Shown piece after piece: positions 1 to 9,095 of a DNA stretch of 64,000 nt. Position 1 is the stretch's first letter; each line of letters starts with the position of its first letter. The notes under the pieces were generated by a model. The model ran no database searches. It was not told where the DNA came from and was given only the letters and a program-made list of their open reading frames with translations. The position numbers were made by a program, and so were the translations under genes. The DNA comes from Rhizobium sp. Q54 (GTDB taxonomy: Bacteria > Pseudomonadota > Alphaproteobacteria > UBA828), in the NCBI GenBank assembly GCA_945892755.1, contig CAMDDO010000007.1, forward strand, positions 1,397 to 65,396, written 5' to 3'.

Positions 1-128
1 TCCGCCCAGTTGCGCCGGCGCGCCGCTCGGGCTCAAATACCGCGAAATTCGAGGAACACTTGGGCGCCGCATGGCGAGGCGCGCCGAACGCCGCGCCGAC
101 CATAACACGGAAACAGGGAGGACTGATC

Positions 129-665
129 GTGACGCCGAACGAGATGGAACGCGAACTCAAGCGCCTTCAGGACATCGAGGCGATCGTTCGCCTGCGCAGC
201 CTTTATTGCTATTACGCCGATCTCAAGGATTGCGACAATTGGGCGAATCTGTTCACCGAGGACGGCGTGTTCGAGACCGACGTGTTCGGCGTCTACAAGG
301 GGCGCGAGACCATTCGCGCGCTGCAGCATCTACCCTTCGCGGTGCACTATGTGGCGAATCCGATCATCGATGTCGACGGCGACCGCGCGCGCGGCCGATG
401 GTTGTTGTTCGAGCCGTGCAGTTTTCCGGTCGGCAAGAAGCACCAACCGGTCTGGGGCATGGCCAAATACGAAGACGAGTACCGGCGCGTCGATGGCGAA
501 TGGAAGTTCAAGCACGTCAAGTTGATGTCGCATGCCTGGGCGCCTTACGAGAAGGGCTGGGAAAAAGAGCGCATCATCGGCCAAGGCAAGAAGAAAGCCG
601 CGGCCAAGGCGAAGCCCGCAGCGAAGAAGAAGGCGAAGGCAAGAGCCAAGACGAAGCGGCGCTAG
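129..665 (+). CDS. SnoaL-like / NTF2-fold protein with Lys/Ala-rich basic C-terminal tail
   Basis: ORF 60..665. GGGAGG at 116-121 favours GTG 129 (ATG 144 also possible). Body resembles SnoaL_4/NTF2-like proteins (RLRSLYCYYADLKDCDNWANLFTEDGVFE). Last ~28 aa are GKKKAAAKAKPAAKKKAKARAKTKRR. Confidence 0.7.
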   Translation: MTPNEMERELKRLQDIEAIVRLRSLYCYYADLKDCDNWANLFTEDGVFETDVFGVYKGRETIRALQHLPFAVHYVANPIIDVDGDRARGRWLLFEPCSFPVGKKHQPVWGMAKYEDEYRRVDGEWKFKHVKLMSHAWAPYEKGWEKERIIGQGKKKAAAKAKPAAKKKAKARAKTKRR

Positions 666-720
666 TGGTGCGATTCAGCTAACGGATGCTACCCATCCGT
701 TAGCTGAATCGGACCACTAG
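662..720. repeat. 59-bp near-perfect palindromic hairpin element (CTAGTGGTSCGATTCAGCTAACGGATG...), MITE/REP-like
   Basis: Left arm 662-688 pairs with right arm 693-720 with one mismatch. Starts and ends with CTAG. Its left CTAG contains the TAG stop (663-665) of the upstream CDS. Related copies at 23705-23825. Confidence 0.8.
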
Positions 721-980
721 ACTCGTTCCAGGCGGTGGCGCCAAGCGGAGGGCGGCGCGCCGACCAACCCGCCTGCTCGGGCGGTAAAGAATCCAGATAG
801 ACACGAACCACCGCGATGGACCTCGACTCGAGCGGCGCAACCACGCGGGCGCCCGCGTCGCGCGCTTTGGCGCGCGCAGGGCGCGCGACGGCGCAACTGA
901 TTCAACTTGGTTGGTATATGCTCTAGGTTATGGTCCATCGCACGGCAACACCGCGCGTAAAAATGGGAGGGATTTGGACC

Positions 981-1811
981 ATGAACACGTCTACCGCCAC
1001 ACCTACCACCATCGATTTCGCCGCGATCAAGAGCCGCCAGCAAGCCGCCTGGGGTTCCGGTGATTACGCCATCGTCGGCACGACGTTGCAGATCGTCGGC
1101 GAAAGGCTATGCGAGGCCGTCGATCTTCGCAGCAATCAACGTGTCCTCGACGTTGCGGCCGGCAATGGCAATGCCACGCTCGCCGCGGCCCGCCGGTTCG
1201 CCGACGTTGTATCGACCGACTATGTTGGCGCATTGCTTGAGCGCGGACGAAAGCGCGCCGCGGCCGACGGCTTGGCGGTCACCTTTCAGGAGGCCGATGC
1301 CGAGGCCCTGCCTTTCGCCGACGCCAGTTTCGATCTCGTTCTTTCGACCTTCGGCGTGATGTTCACGCCCAACCAGCAACAGGCCGCCAATGAGCTCGCC
1401 CGCGTTTGCCGCCCGGGCGGCAAGATCGGGCTCGCCAATTGGACGCCGGAAAGTTTCATCGGCCAGTTGTTCAAGACCATCGGCAAATATGTGCCGCCCG
1501 CTCCCGGTCTGAAGTCGCCGGCGCTGTGGGGAACCAGAGCACATCTCGACTCGTTGTTTGGGTCGCGGGCGACCATCGCGGCCGAGAGCCAAACCTTCGT
1601 CTTCCGCTACAAATCGCCCCAGCATTGGTTGGAAATTTTCCGCAACTATTACGGCCCAACCCTGAAGGCGTTTGCAGCGATTGACCCCGAGGCACGCACG
1701 GCGCTCGAATCAGACCTCTATGCGTTGCTCGGAAAATTCAACGTGGCGCAAGACGGCACACTGGTCGTCCCAAGCGAATATCTTGAAGCGGTCATCACCA
1801 AAAAGAGCTGA
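981..1811 (+). CDS. class I SAM-dependent methyltransferase
   Basis: ORF 930..1811. ATG 981 is preceded by GGGAGGG. SAM motif I VLDVAAGNGNAT, and the DLVLSTFGVMF block typical of the Methyltransf_11 family. Confidence 0.85.
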   Translation: MNTSTATPTTIDFAAIKSRQQAAWGSGDYAIVGTTLQIVGERLCEAVDLRSNQRVLDVAAGNGNATLAAARRFADVVSTDYVGALLERGRKRAAADGLAVTFQEADAEALPFADASFDLVLSTFGVMFTPNQQQAANELARVCRPGGKIGLANWTPESFIGQLFKTIGKYVPPAPGLKSPALWGTRAHLDSLFGSRATIAAESQTFVFRYKSPQHWLEIFRNYYGPTLKAFAAIDPEARTALESDLYALLGKFNVAQDGTLVVPSEYLEAVITKKS

Positions 1812-1840
1812 CCCGGCATGGGTGGGTGGGCGGCGGCCGC

Positions 1841-2449
1841 TCACCCCACCCATTTCTCGCGGGTCGGCCAGGCGTTGACCAGATTGCGCAACGCGGGGTC
1901 GAGGTCGGGCGTGCGCCGGGCTTCCTCGGCGAGCGCGCCTGGATCGCTGTTGAACGCAAGCAGCGATAAATCGGTCATGCGCATCGGATAGAGATAGCCG
2001 TCGAGGTGATCGACTTCGTGCTGCAGGAGCATGGCGAGCCAATCCTTGCAGTCGATCACTTGGTCTTTCCGCTCGGGCGTGGTGTAGCTGACCTTGACAT
2101 GGGTGTAGCGCGGCACTTTGCCGTGCAATCCCGGCAGCGACAGGCAGCGCTCCCAGATCAAGGCCTTCGTTTCGGTGAGCGGCGTGACCACCGGATTGAT
2201 CATCGTCGTCCACGGGATGGGGTCGAGCTTGACGCCGGGCGGAATGCGGCTCGCCAGCACGCGGAACACGACGACGCGCTTGCTGACATAAACTTGAGGT
2301 GCCGCGATGCCGGCCGCGCCGACGTCCTCGATGGTGTCTTGCATGTCCTGCGCCAAGCGAGTGATCTCGGGATCGCTCGGATCCTCGACCGGCGTCGCAA
2401 CCTTGCGCAGCACCGGGTGTCCCATTTTGGCGATCGAGCGTATGGCCAT
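1841..2449 (-). CDS. def: peptide deformylase
   Basis: ORF 1841..2509 trimmed to MAIRSI (ATG at 2449, GGAG RBS upstream). Motifs GIAAPQ, CLSLPG and HEVDHLDG. Confidence 0.92.
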   Translation of the reverse strand: MAIRSIAKMGHPVLRKVATPVEDPSDPEITRLAQDMQDTIEDVGAAGIAAPQVYVSKRVVVFRVLASRIPPGVKLDPIPWTTMINPVVTPLTETKALIWERCLSLPGLHGKVPRYTHVKVSYTTPERKDQVIDCKDWLAMLLQHEVDHLDGYLYPMRMTDLSLLAFNSDPGALAEEARRTPDLDPALRNLVNAWPTREKWVG

Positions 2450-2698
2450 GCCTAATCTCCTTTTGGTCGTGGCGACCGCCGGGCCGCCGTAACAACGCGG
2501 GCTACGCAAACCCCGGTCAGCGTCGCTCGGCTCAGTATGCCCGGCCGGGTTGATTTGCGCGAGGCCGCGGACCCGAGGGCGGACCGCTGTGGCCGTCGAT
2601 TGACAGCCCTAGCCCCACGCTCTACAAAAATCAGGCTTTCTGGTTATTGCCCGCGTGACAAGTGACCCGCACAACAATAGCACTGGGAGGAATCAAGA

Positions 2699-3793
2699 AT
2701 GACGCCGTTCAAGAAAATTGCCGCGGTCTTTTGCGCGACCGCCTTGTCCTTGAGTCTTAGTGTCGCAAGCTTTGCCGAGGGAACCGGCAAGGTCGAGGGC
2801 GACGGCAAGGATCTCGTGATGTTCACGATCACCGCTTCCAATGTCTACGGCGCCAACCAGATCAAGGGCGCCGAAGCCGAGGCCAAGAAGCTCGGTTACA
2901 AGCTCACCGTCTATCAGAACAATTTCTCGCAGCCCGAGCAGGACCAGCAGGTCCAGCAGCTCATCGCGAGCGGCATCAAGCCGGCCGCGATCATCTTCTG
3001 GCCGTGGGTTGCGGACGCCGCGATCAATGACGCGCGCTTGCTCGCCAAGCTCGCGCCGGTGATTCAGTTGACCCAGGAACCGAACGAAAAGTCCTGGCCG
3101 TTCGTCCAGGCCTATTCGGGCGCCAATCAGATTCTGATCGGCGAGACGCTTGGACGGACGATGCTGAAGGCGCGCGAAGCGGCAAAGGCGGCCGGCATGA
3201 AGTTCAAGAGCGACAACGGCAAGCTGCTGGTCTTCCAGCATCCGGCCGGCGAGAAGACCGGGACGGAGCGCATGAAAGGCTTTATGGCGGTGACCAAGGA
3301 TGCGCCGTTCGATATCATCCATACCGAGTTCGGCGCGAACAGCCCCGAGTCCGGCTATGAGATCGGCAGCCAGGTGATTCCGAAGTTCAAGGGCCAGTTC
3401 GACTTCTTGTTCGTCTCCAATCAGCAGGCGGCCAATGGCATCATCCGCGCGCTGAAGGACAACGGCATCGCGCCGGGCAAGGACGTCTACATCGTCTCGG
3501 GCGATTGCTCGGGCAGTCTCGAAGCGGTCAAGAACGGCGAGACCTTCGGCACCGGCATTCAGCCGGCGGCGGTCGAAGGCGCGTTGGCCGTGCGGACCGC
3601 CGCCAAGTTCATCGCCAATGGCAAGATCGAAGGCGACGTCATTCAGATGGAAGTCGAGGCCGGGGCCCCGGCGATCACGAATGCGCCGCCCGCGAAGTTG
3701 AACTACATGCCGCACGCACCCGCGATCGGGGCCGACGGCGTGGCGGCGACGAAGATCTGGGGCTACAACGCCGACGAGATCTGCGCCAGCTGA
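2699..3793 (+). CDS. sugar ABC transporter periplasmic substrate-binding protein
   Basis: 364-aa ORF with GGGAGG RBS and signal peptide MTPFKKIAAVFCATALSLSLSVASFA. Periplasmic-binding-protein (RbsB-like) pattern. First gene of the ABC operon. Confidence 0.85.
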   Translation: MTPFKKIAAVFCATALSLSLSVASFAEGTGKVEGDGKDLVMFTITASNVYGANQIKGAEAEAKKLGYKLTVYQNNFSQPEQDQQVQQLIASGIKPAAIIFWPWVADAAINDARLLAKLAPVIQLTQEPNEKSWPFVQAYSGANQILIGETLGRTMLKAREAAKAAGMKFKSDNGKLLVFQHPAGEKTGTERMKGFMAVTKDAPFDIIHTEFGANSPESGYEIGSQVIPKFKGQFDFLFVSNQQAANGIIRALKDNGIAPGKDVYIVSGDCSGSLEAVKNGETFGTGIQPAAVEGALAVRTAAKFIANGKIEGDVIQMEVEAGAPAITNAPPAKLNYMPHAPAIGADGVAATKIWGYNADEICAS

Positions 3794-3805
3794 CGGACAT
3801 CGCGC

Positions 3806-5338
3806 GTGACGCCGGGTCACGTGAATTCCGGCACGGGAGGCGCGGCTGAAAAGCCGCGCCTCCTTGTGCGTCGCCTGTCCAAACGCTATGGCAATGTCCA
3901 GGCCTTGGCCGAAGTCGATTTCGAGTTGCGCCCCGGCGAAGTCATGGCGCTGCTCGGCGAAAACGGCGCGGGCAAGAGCACGTTGGTCAAGGTGCTCTCC
4001 GGCCTCGTGCAGCCCGATACCGGCACGATCGAAATCGACGGTGCTGCCGTCACGCTCTACCCGAGCGCCCGCTCACAGACCGCCGGCGTCGCGGTCGTCC
4101 ACCAGGAATACAGCTCGGTGCCGACACTCAGCGTGGCCGAAAATCTCGTCCTCGGTCAGGCCGGGGTCCCCTCGCTCTGGCTGCCGGGTCGGCTGAGGGC
4201 GCGGGCACGCGATCTACTATCGGCCGTCGGCCTCGACCATATCGACCCTGGCACCCTGGTCGAGCGTCTCAGCGTCGCCGAAATGCAATTGCTCGAGATC
4301 GCGCGGCTTCTGGTGCGCGATGCGCGCATCTTGATTTTCGATGAACCCACCGCGGCACTGGCCGACCGCGAGATCGAGCGCGTGTTGGCCGTCATCAAGC
4401 GCCTCGCCGCCGAGGGTCGCAGCGTCATCTACGTGACCCATCGATTGCCCGAGGTCTTTCGCATCGCCGATCGAGTAACGGTATTCCGCAATGGCCGCAG
4501 CCTGCCGGCGCGGCCAACCAGCGAATTGAACGTCGATGCGGTGATCACCATGATGCTCGGTCGCGAGCTTCAGACCATGTTTCCCAAACGCGGAACGCTT
4601 GGCGCACAGGCCTTGCTGCAGGTCGAGGCGCTCAAGGCGCCGGGCCTTGTGGAGCCGGTCAGCTTCGTGATTCGACCGGGCGAAATCGTCGGCCTGACCG
4701 GCCAATTGGGCAGCGGCGCGAGCGCGGTGGTCGAAGCCCTGGCCGGTATGGTGTCGCCGGTTTCGGGGCGGGTGCTGCTCGATGACAAGGAGCTTTCCCT
4801 CAGAAGCCGCGCGGCCACGCTCAAACGCGGCATCGCCTATTGCTCGGCCGACCGCAAGCGAGACGGTACCTTCGCGGTCCGCTCCATTCGCGAGAACCTG
4901 TCTTCGCCTTGGGTGCGTTCGGTCGCGCGCCGCGGCTGGATCTCGGCGCGCGGCGAGCGCGAGCGCTCGGGCGATATTGCCAGCCGTTTCGCGATCGACG
5001 TCAAGCGCCTCGCCACGGCGGTCGGCGCGCTCAGTGGCGGCAATCAGCAAAAAGTAGCGGTCGGCAAATGGTTGGGGGCCGAGCCACGCGTGATGCTGCT
5101 CGAGGAACCGACGCGCGGCGTCGACGTCGGCGCCCGCGCCGAGATCTATCAGCATTTACGCGATCTCTGCGCCGCGGGCCTTGGCATCGTCGTCGCCAGT
5201 TCCGACACCGCCGAGGTGCTCGGCCTGTCGGACACGATCGCGACGTTCTATCGCGGCCGCCTGACGGCGATCAGGCCGCACGCCGAATGGACCGTGGACG
5301 CGCTCGTGCGCGAGGTCATGCACCAGGAGGCAGCGTGA
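3806..5338 (+). CDS. sugar ABC transporter ATP-binding protein (duplicated ABC domains)
   Basis: 510 aa. Walker A GENGAGKST, Walker B ILIFDEPT, second-domain signature LSGGNQQK and LLLEEPTRGVD. RbsA/MglA-like architecture. Confidence 0.9.
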   Translation: MTPGHVNSGTGGAAEKPRLLVRRLSKRYGNVQALAEVDFELRPGEVMALLGENGAGKSTLVKVLSGLVQPDTGTIEIDGAAVTLYPSARSQTAGVAVVHQEYSSVPTLSVAENLVLGQAGVPSLWLPGRLRARARDLLSAVGLDHIDPGTLVERLSVAEMQLLEIARLLVRDARILIFDEPTAALADREIERVLAVIKRLAAEGRSVIYVTHRLPEVFRIADRVTVFRNGRSLPARPTSELNVDAVITMMLGRELQTMFPKRGTLGAQALLQVEALKAPGLVEPVSFVIRPGEIVGLTGQLGSGASAVVEALAGMVSPVSGRVLLDDKELSLRSRAATLKRGIAYCSADRKRDGTFAVRSIRENLSSPWVRSVARRGWISARGERERSGDIASRFAIDVKRLATAVGALSGGNQQKVAVGKWLGAEPRVMLLEEPTRGVDVGARAEIYQHLRDLCAAGLGIVVASSDTAEVLGLSDTIATFYRGRLTAIRPHAEWTVDALVREVMHQEAA

Positions 5339-6303
5339 GCGCCGAGCTTTCGGTAGCGCCGGCGCGCCATCGGCCGGATTGGCTGTTGCCGGCGCTTACG
5401 CTTGGCCCGGCGGTCGCCGGCATCATCATTGCGGCCATCATCACGCCAACCTTCCTGAACCCCGACAATATTCTTTCGATCCTGCGCAACGCCTCGCTCA
5501 TCGGCATTGTCGCGGTGGCCATGACGCCACTCACGCTATCGGGCAATTTCGTCTCGCTCGGCATTTCCCAATCGGCCATGGCGGCGATGGTCGCGTTCGT
5601 CGCGCTGCTTGGCGAGGGCTGGAATCAGCTGGCGACGATTTTGGTCGTGCTGTTCGGCTTGGTCGCGATCGGCATGCTGCAAGGCGTCGTGGTCGCGGCC
5701 GGGATGAACCCGGTGATCACGACGCTTGCCGCCGGCGCGATCATTTTCGGCGTGGTCTCCGAGGCGACCGAAGGGCGCATCGTGAGCGTCCGCGACTATC
5801 CGGCGACGTGGGGCGGCGGCGATGTCATCGGCATTCCGATCGTGATCTTGGTGTTTGTCGTCTTCACGGCGCTGCTCACCCTCATGATGTCGCGCACCGT
5901 CACCGGTCGCGAGACGATTCTGGTCGGCGCCAATCGCGCGACCGCCGAGATCAGCGGCATTTCCCTCGCGCGGGTCACCATCGTGGCGTTCGCGATCTTC
6001 TCGATTGGTCTCGCCATTGCCGGGATTCTGGAAGGCGCCGCGTTCGGCGAGGCGACCGCCAAATCATTTCCGAATCTGACCATCAACGCGATCGCCGCGT
6101 TGCTGGTTGGCGGCACGGCGATCGGCGGAGGACAAGGCTCGCCGCTCCGCTCGGCGGCCGGCGCGCTGCTGATTTCGGTGATCTCCAACATGATGGTGCT
6201 CAACGATTTCAGCCCAGGCGGCCGGCTCGCGATCCAAGGCGCCGTGGTTGCGGCGGCCGTGGTGCTGCTCGATCTGTTCCGCCGGCGCGGCGTGCGTCGA
6301 TGA
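5335..6303 (+). CDS. ABC transporter permease (RbsC/AraH type)
   Basis: Hydrophobic C-terminal part of ORF 4840..6303. GTG 5335 overlaps the ATPase stop (GTGA). Multiple predicted TM helices. Confidence 0.85.
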   Translation: MSAELSVAPARHRPDWLLPALTLGPAVAGIIIAAIITPTFLNPDNILSILRNASLIGIVAVAMTPLTLSGNFVSLGISQSAMAAMVAFVALLGEGWNQLATILVVLFGLVAIGMLQGVVVAAGMNPVITTLAAGAIIFGVVSEATEGRIVSVRDYPATWGGGDVIGIPIVILVFVVFTALLTLMMSRTVTGRETILVGANRATAEISGISLARVTIVAFAIFSIGLAIAGILEGAAFGEATAKSFPNLTINAIAALLVGGTAIGGGQGSPLRSAAGALLISVISNMMVLNDFSPGGRLAIQGAVVAAAVVLLDLFRRRGVRR

Positions 6304-7298
6304 TCAAGGCATTCCTCTCCTGGTCGCGGCCCTATGCGCTGCCGCTGGCCGCGCTGGTCGTCACCTGGATCGTGATTTCCATCCTGACGCCGACCTTTCG
6401 CGGCGAGGCCAGCGTCTATTCGGTGCTCGAGGGATTCTCGCTGGTCGGCCTGGTCGCGCTTGGCTTGGCGGTGACGCTGATCGCCGGCGAGTTCGACCTC
6501 TCGGTCGGCTCGATGGCGGCGCTGGCGGCCGTCATCACCGTTCTCACCTCATCCACCGGGCTGATCGGCTGCATCGCGATCGCGACCGCCTGCGGCGTCG
6601 TCTTTGGCGCGCTGCAAGGCATCGTGATCGGGCGCCTCGGGATAAGCTCGCTCGTGTTCACCATCGGCACGCTGATCATGCTGCGCGGCCTTACCTATAT
6701 CTTCAGCGGGCACGAGCCGATCATCATCGAGAATTTCGAGATCACCGATCCGCTCCTCGAGCGCTACGCGATCTTTTCGGTTAGCAGCATCATCGCGCTT
6801 TTCGTGTTCATCACGGGTTGGCTGTTCCTGACCTACACGCGCTGGGGGCGCGAGATCTACGCGATCGGCGGCGCGCGCAACGAAGCCATTGCCGCCGGCG
6901 TGCCGCGCGTGCGCACACTGACCATCAGCTTCGCGATGTCGTCGGGCTGCGCGAGCCTCGCCGGCGCGCTGGCCGCGACGCGCGGCGGCAGTGCCGCGCC
7001 GCAGAATTACGATGATCTTCTGTTGACCGGCGCGGCCGCCTGCCTCTTGGGGGGCATCAGCCTCTATGGCGGGCGCGGCACGGTCTTGAACGTCGCGTTC
7101 GGCGTCGCGATCCTTTCGGTCGTGGTCGCCGGTTTGGCCGCACGCGGTACCTCCGCCTCGCTCGTGCAGCTGGTGACAGGCGCGTTGCTTTTGACCGTGA
7201 TCGGAATCGAATTCCTTGCCGGGCGACTCGCGCCGCGCAAGGCGGGCGGCCGTGCCCAGCGCGGCCGGTCTCGACGCATGGCAGGGGCTGGCGGTTAG
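6300..7298 (+). CDS. ABC transporter permease (second subunit)
   Basis: Hydrophobic part of ORF 5379..7298 beginning MIKAFLSWSRPYALPLAAL. ATG 6300 overlaps the preceding stop (ATGA). Confidence 0.85.
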   Translation: MIKAFLSWSRPYALPLAALVVTWIVISILTPTFRGEASVYSVLEGFSLVGLVALGLAVTLIAGEFDLSVGSMAALAAVITVLTSSTGLIGCIAIATACGVVFGALQGIVIGRLGISSLVFTIGTLIMLRGLTYIFSGHEPIIIENFEITDPLLERYAIFSVSSIIALFVFITGWLFLTYTRWGREIYAIGGARNEAIAAGVPRVRTLTISFAMSSGCASLAGALAATRGGSAAPQNYDDLLLTGAAACLLGGISLYGGRGTVLNVAFGVAILSVVVAGLAARGTSASLVQLVTGALLLTVIGIEFLAGRLAPRKAGGRAQRGRSRRMAGAGG

Positions 7299-7317
7299 GG
7301 CCTCAAGAAATCACAGG

Positions 7318-8076
7318 ATGACGGGCATGGCAGGACGGCTTGCGGGCAAGATCGCGATCATCACCGGCGCGTCGACCGGCATCGGTGCGGCCACGGCCCG
7401 CCTGTTTGTCGCCGAAGGCGCCAAAGTGCTCGCGGCCGATATCAAGGAACCCGGCGCAGAGCTCGCCGCGCTGCTCGCCCAACATTCGGACGCGATGCGT
7501 TTCGCCATTCTGGATATTCGGAGCGAACCCGCCTGGGCCGCCGGCTTGACGGCGTGCCTCAAGGCATTCGGACCACCCAATGTGCTGGTCAACAATGCTG
7601 GCGCGCTCGGCAGCGGCAAGCCGGTGCACGAAGAGTCGACCGACGCCATGCTCGCGGCGTTCGAGAGCAATGTGCTCGGCATGTTCCTCGGCATGAAGAC
7701 CGTGATCCCCGGCATGATCGAGGGCGGCGGCGGCGCGATCGTCAATGTTTCCTCGGTCTGGGGCTGGTCGGGCGTCGCCAACAATGTCGCCTACCAAACC
7801 TCCAAAGGCGCCGCCGTGATGCTCTCGAAAAACGCGGGCGTGACCTATGCGCCGTACAATATCCGCGTGAATTGCCTGCTGCCCGGTTATGTCGATACGC
7901 CGATGTCGCGCGGCGTGACGCCGGATGAGGCCCAGATGCTGATCAAATTCACGCCGCTTGGGCGCCGCGCCGAACCGCATGAAATCGCGCCGATGATCGC
8001 GTTCCTCGCCTCCGACGAAGCGAGCTTCGTTGCCGCCGGCAATTATATGGTCGATGGCGGGATGGCGGCACTTTGA
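7318..8076 (+). CDS. SDR family oxidoreductase
   Basis: ORF 7216..8076 trimmed to MTGMAGRLAGK. Cofactor motif ITGASTGIG, NNAG, catalytic YQTSK. Confidence 0.9.
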   Translation: MTGMAGRLAGKIAIITGASTGIGAATARLFVAEGAKVLAADIKEPGAELAALLAQHSDAMRFAILDIRSEPAWAAGLTACLKAFGPPNVLVNNAGALGSGKPVHEESTDAMLAAFESNVLGMFLGMKTVIPGMIEGGGGAIVNVSSVWGWSGVANNVAYQTSKGAAVMLSKNAGVTYAPYNIRVNCLLPGYVDTPMSRGVTPDEAQMLIKFTPLGRRAEPHEIAPMIAFLASDEASFVAAGNYMVDGGMAAL

Positions 8077-9092
8077 GTGCCGTCACGCCGCACGCGCTGT
8101 TCGAGCTCGGCGACTTCGCGCTCGATAGCGGCGTCACCCTGCCGAAGGCGCGCCTCGCCTACGCCACCTATGGCACGCTCAACGCGCCGCGCGACAACGT
8201 GGTTGTCTTCCCGACCTGGTTCACCGGCACGCATAACGACCTTGAATGGTTGATCGGCGATGGCCGGCCGCTCGATACGCGCGAGTATTTCGTCGTCGTG
8301 CCGAGTCTGTTCGGCAACGGCCTCTCTTCCTCGCCGTCGAATACCCCAGCGCCGTTCGATCGCGGCCGCTTTCCGGCCATCACGATCCAGGACAATGTGC
8401 GCGCGCAATATCGGCTTCTGGTCGAACGGTTTGGCGTCACGCGCATCCAGCTCGCGATCGGCGGCTCGATGGGCGCGTTTCAGGCCTATCAGTGGGGGCT
8501 TAGCCATCCAGACCTGGTGATGCGCATCGCGCCTTGCTGCGGTTCGGCGCGGGTAAGCCCGCATTGTTATGTGTTCCTGGCCGGCGCCAAGGCGGCGCTC
8601 TTGGCCGATCCGGCCTATGCGGGCGGCGATTATCGGAAGCCGCCCGAAGCCGGCATGCGCGCGATGGGTCGCGTCTGGGCCGGCTGGGCGCTCTCGCAAG
8701 CGTTCTATCGCGAGGCGCTCTACAAGCGCATGGGCTTTGCCGACGTCGACAGCTTTCTGGTCGATTTCTGGGAGGCGTTCTGGCTCAGGCTCGACGCCAA
8801 CAATCTGCTGAGCCAGATCCATACCTGGCAGACCGCCGACATTGCCAAGACGCCGGGGTTCAACGGCGATCTCGAGCGCGCGCTGCGCTCGATCCGCGCC
8901 AAGGCGGTGCTGAGCCCGGGCGAGACCGACCTCTATTTCCCGCCCGCCGACATGGCATGGGAGGCCCAGCACCTGCCGAACGCCGAGCTCCGTCCGATCC
9001 CGGGGCCGTGGGGGCATCTCTCGGAGGCCGGCATCGACCCTGCCTGCAACGAGTTTCTCGGCAATTCGATCCGCGCGCTGCTCAAGCGTTAG
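8073..9092 (+). CDS. homoserine O-acetyltransferase (MetX)-like alpha/beta hydrolase
   Basis: 339 aa. TTG start overlaps the SDR stop. N-terminus FELGDFALDSGVTLPKARLAYATYGTLNAPRDNVVVFPTWFTG and nucleophile elbow GGSMGAFQA resemble the MetX family. Confidence 0.75.
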   Translation: MSAVTPHALFELGDFALDSGVTLPKARLAYATYGTLNAPRDNVVVFPTWFTGTHNDLEWLIGDGRPLDTREYFVVVPSLFGNGLSSSPSNTPAPFDRGRFPAITIQDNVRAQYRLLVERFGVTRIQLAIGGSMGAFQAYQWGLSHPDLVMRIAPCCGSARVSPHCYVFLAGAKAALLADPAYAGGDYRKPPEAGMRAMGRVWAGWALSQAFYREALYKRMGFADVDSFLVDFWEAFWLRLDANNLLSQIHTWQTADIAKTPGFNGDLERALRSIRAKAVLSPGETDLYFPPADMAWEAQHLPNAELRPIPGPWGHLSEAGIDPACNEFLGNSIRALLKR

Positions 9093-9095
9093 CGT

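Noticed and set aside
33-329. 98-aa minus-strand ORF at the window start
   Set aside because: It is antisense to the SnoaL-like CDS, which has fold-typical sequence. It has no motif or RBS.
2693-3820. 375-aa minus-strand ORF. The same reasoning applies to similar long antisense ORFs at 8043-9017, 16895-17968, 29681-30340, 54384-55382 and 55349-56419.
   Set aside because: All are mirror images of CDS with clear family motifs on the other strand. They have no RBS or motif support, and stop-codon scarcity in GC-rich antisense frames explains them.
4840-5334. Upstream parts of the long ORFs 4840-6303 and 5379-7298
   Set aside because: These portions overlap the preceding ABC genes out of frame and are Arg-rich. 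The hydrophobic permease sequences begin at start codons (5335, 6300) that overlap the upstream stops.
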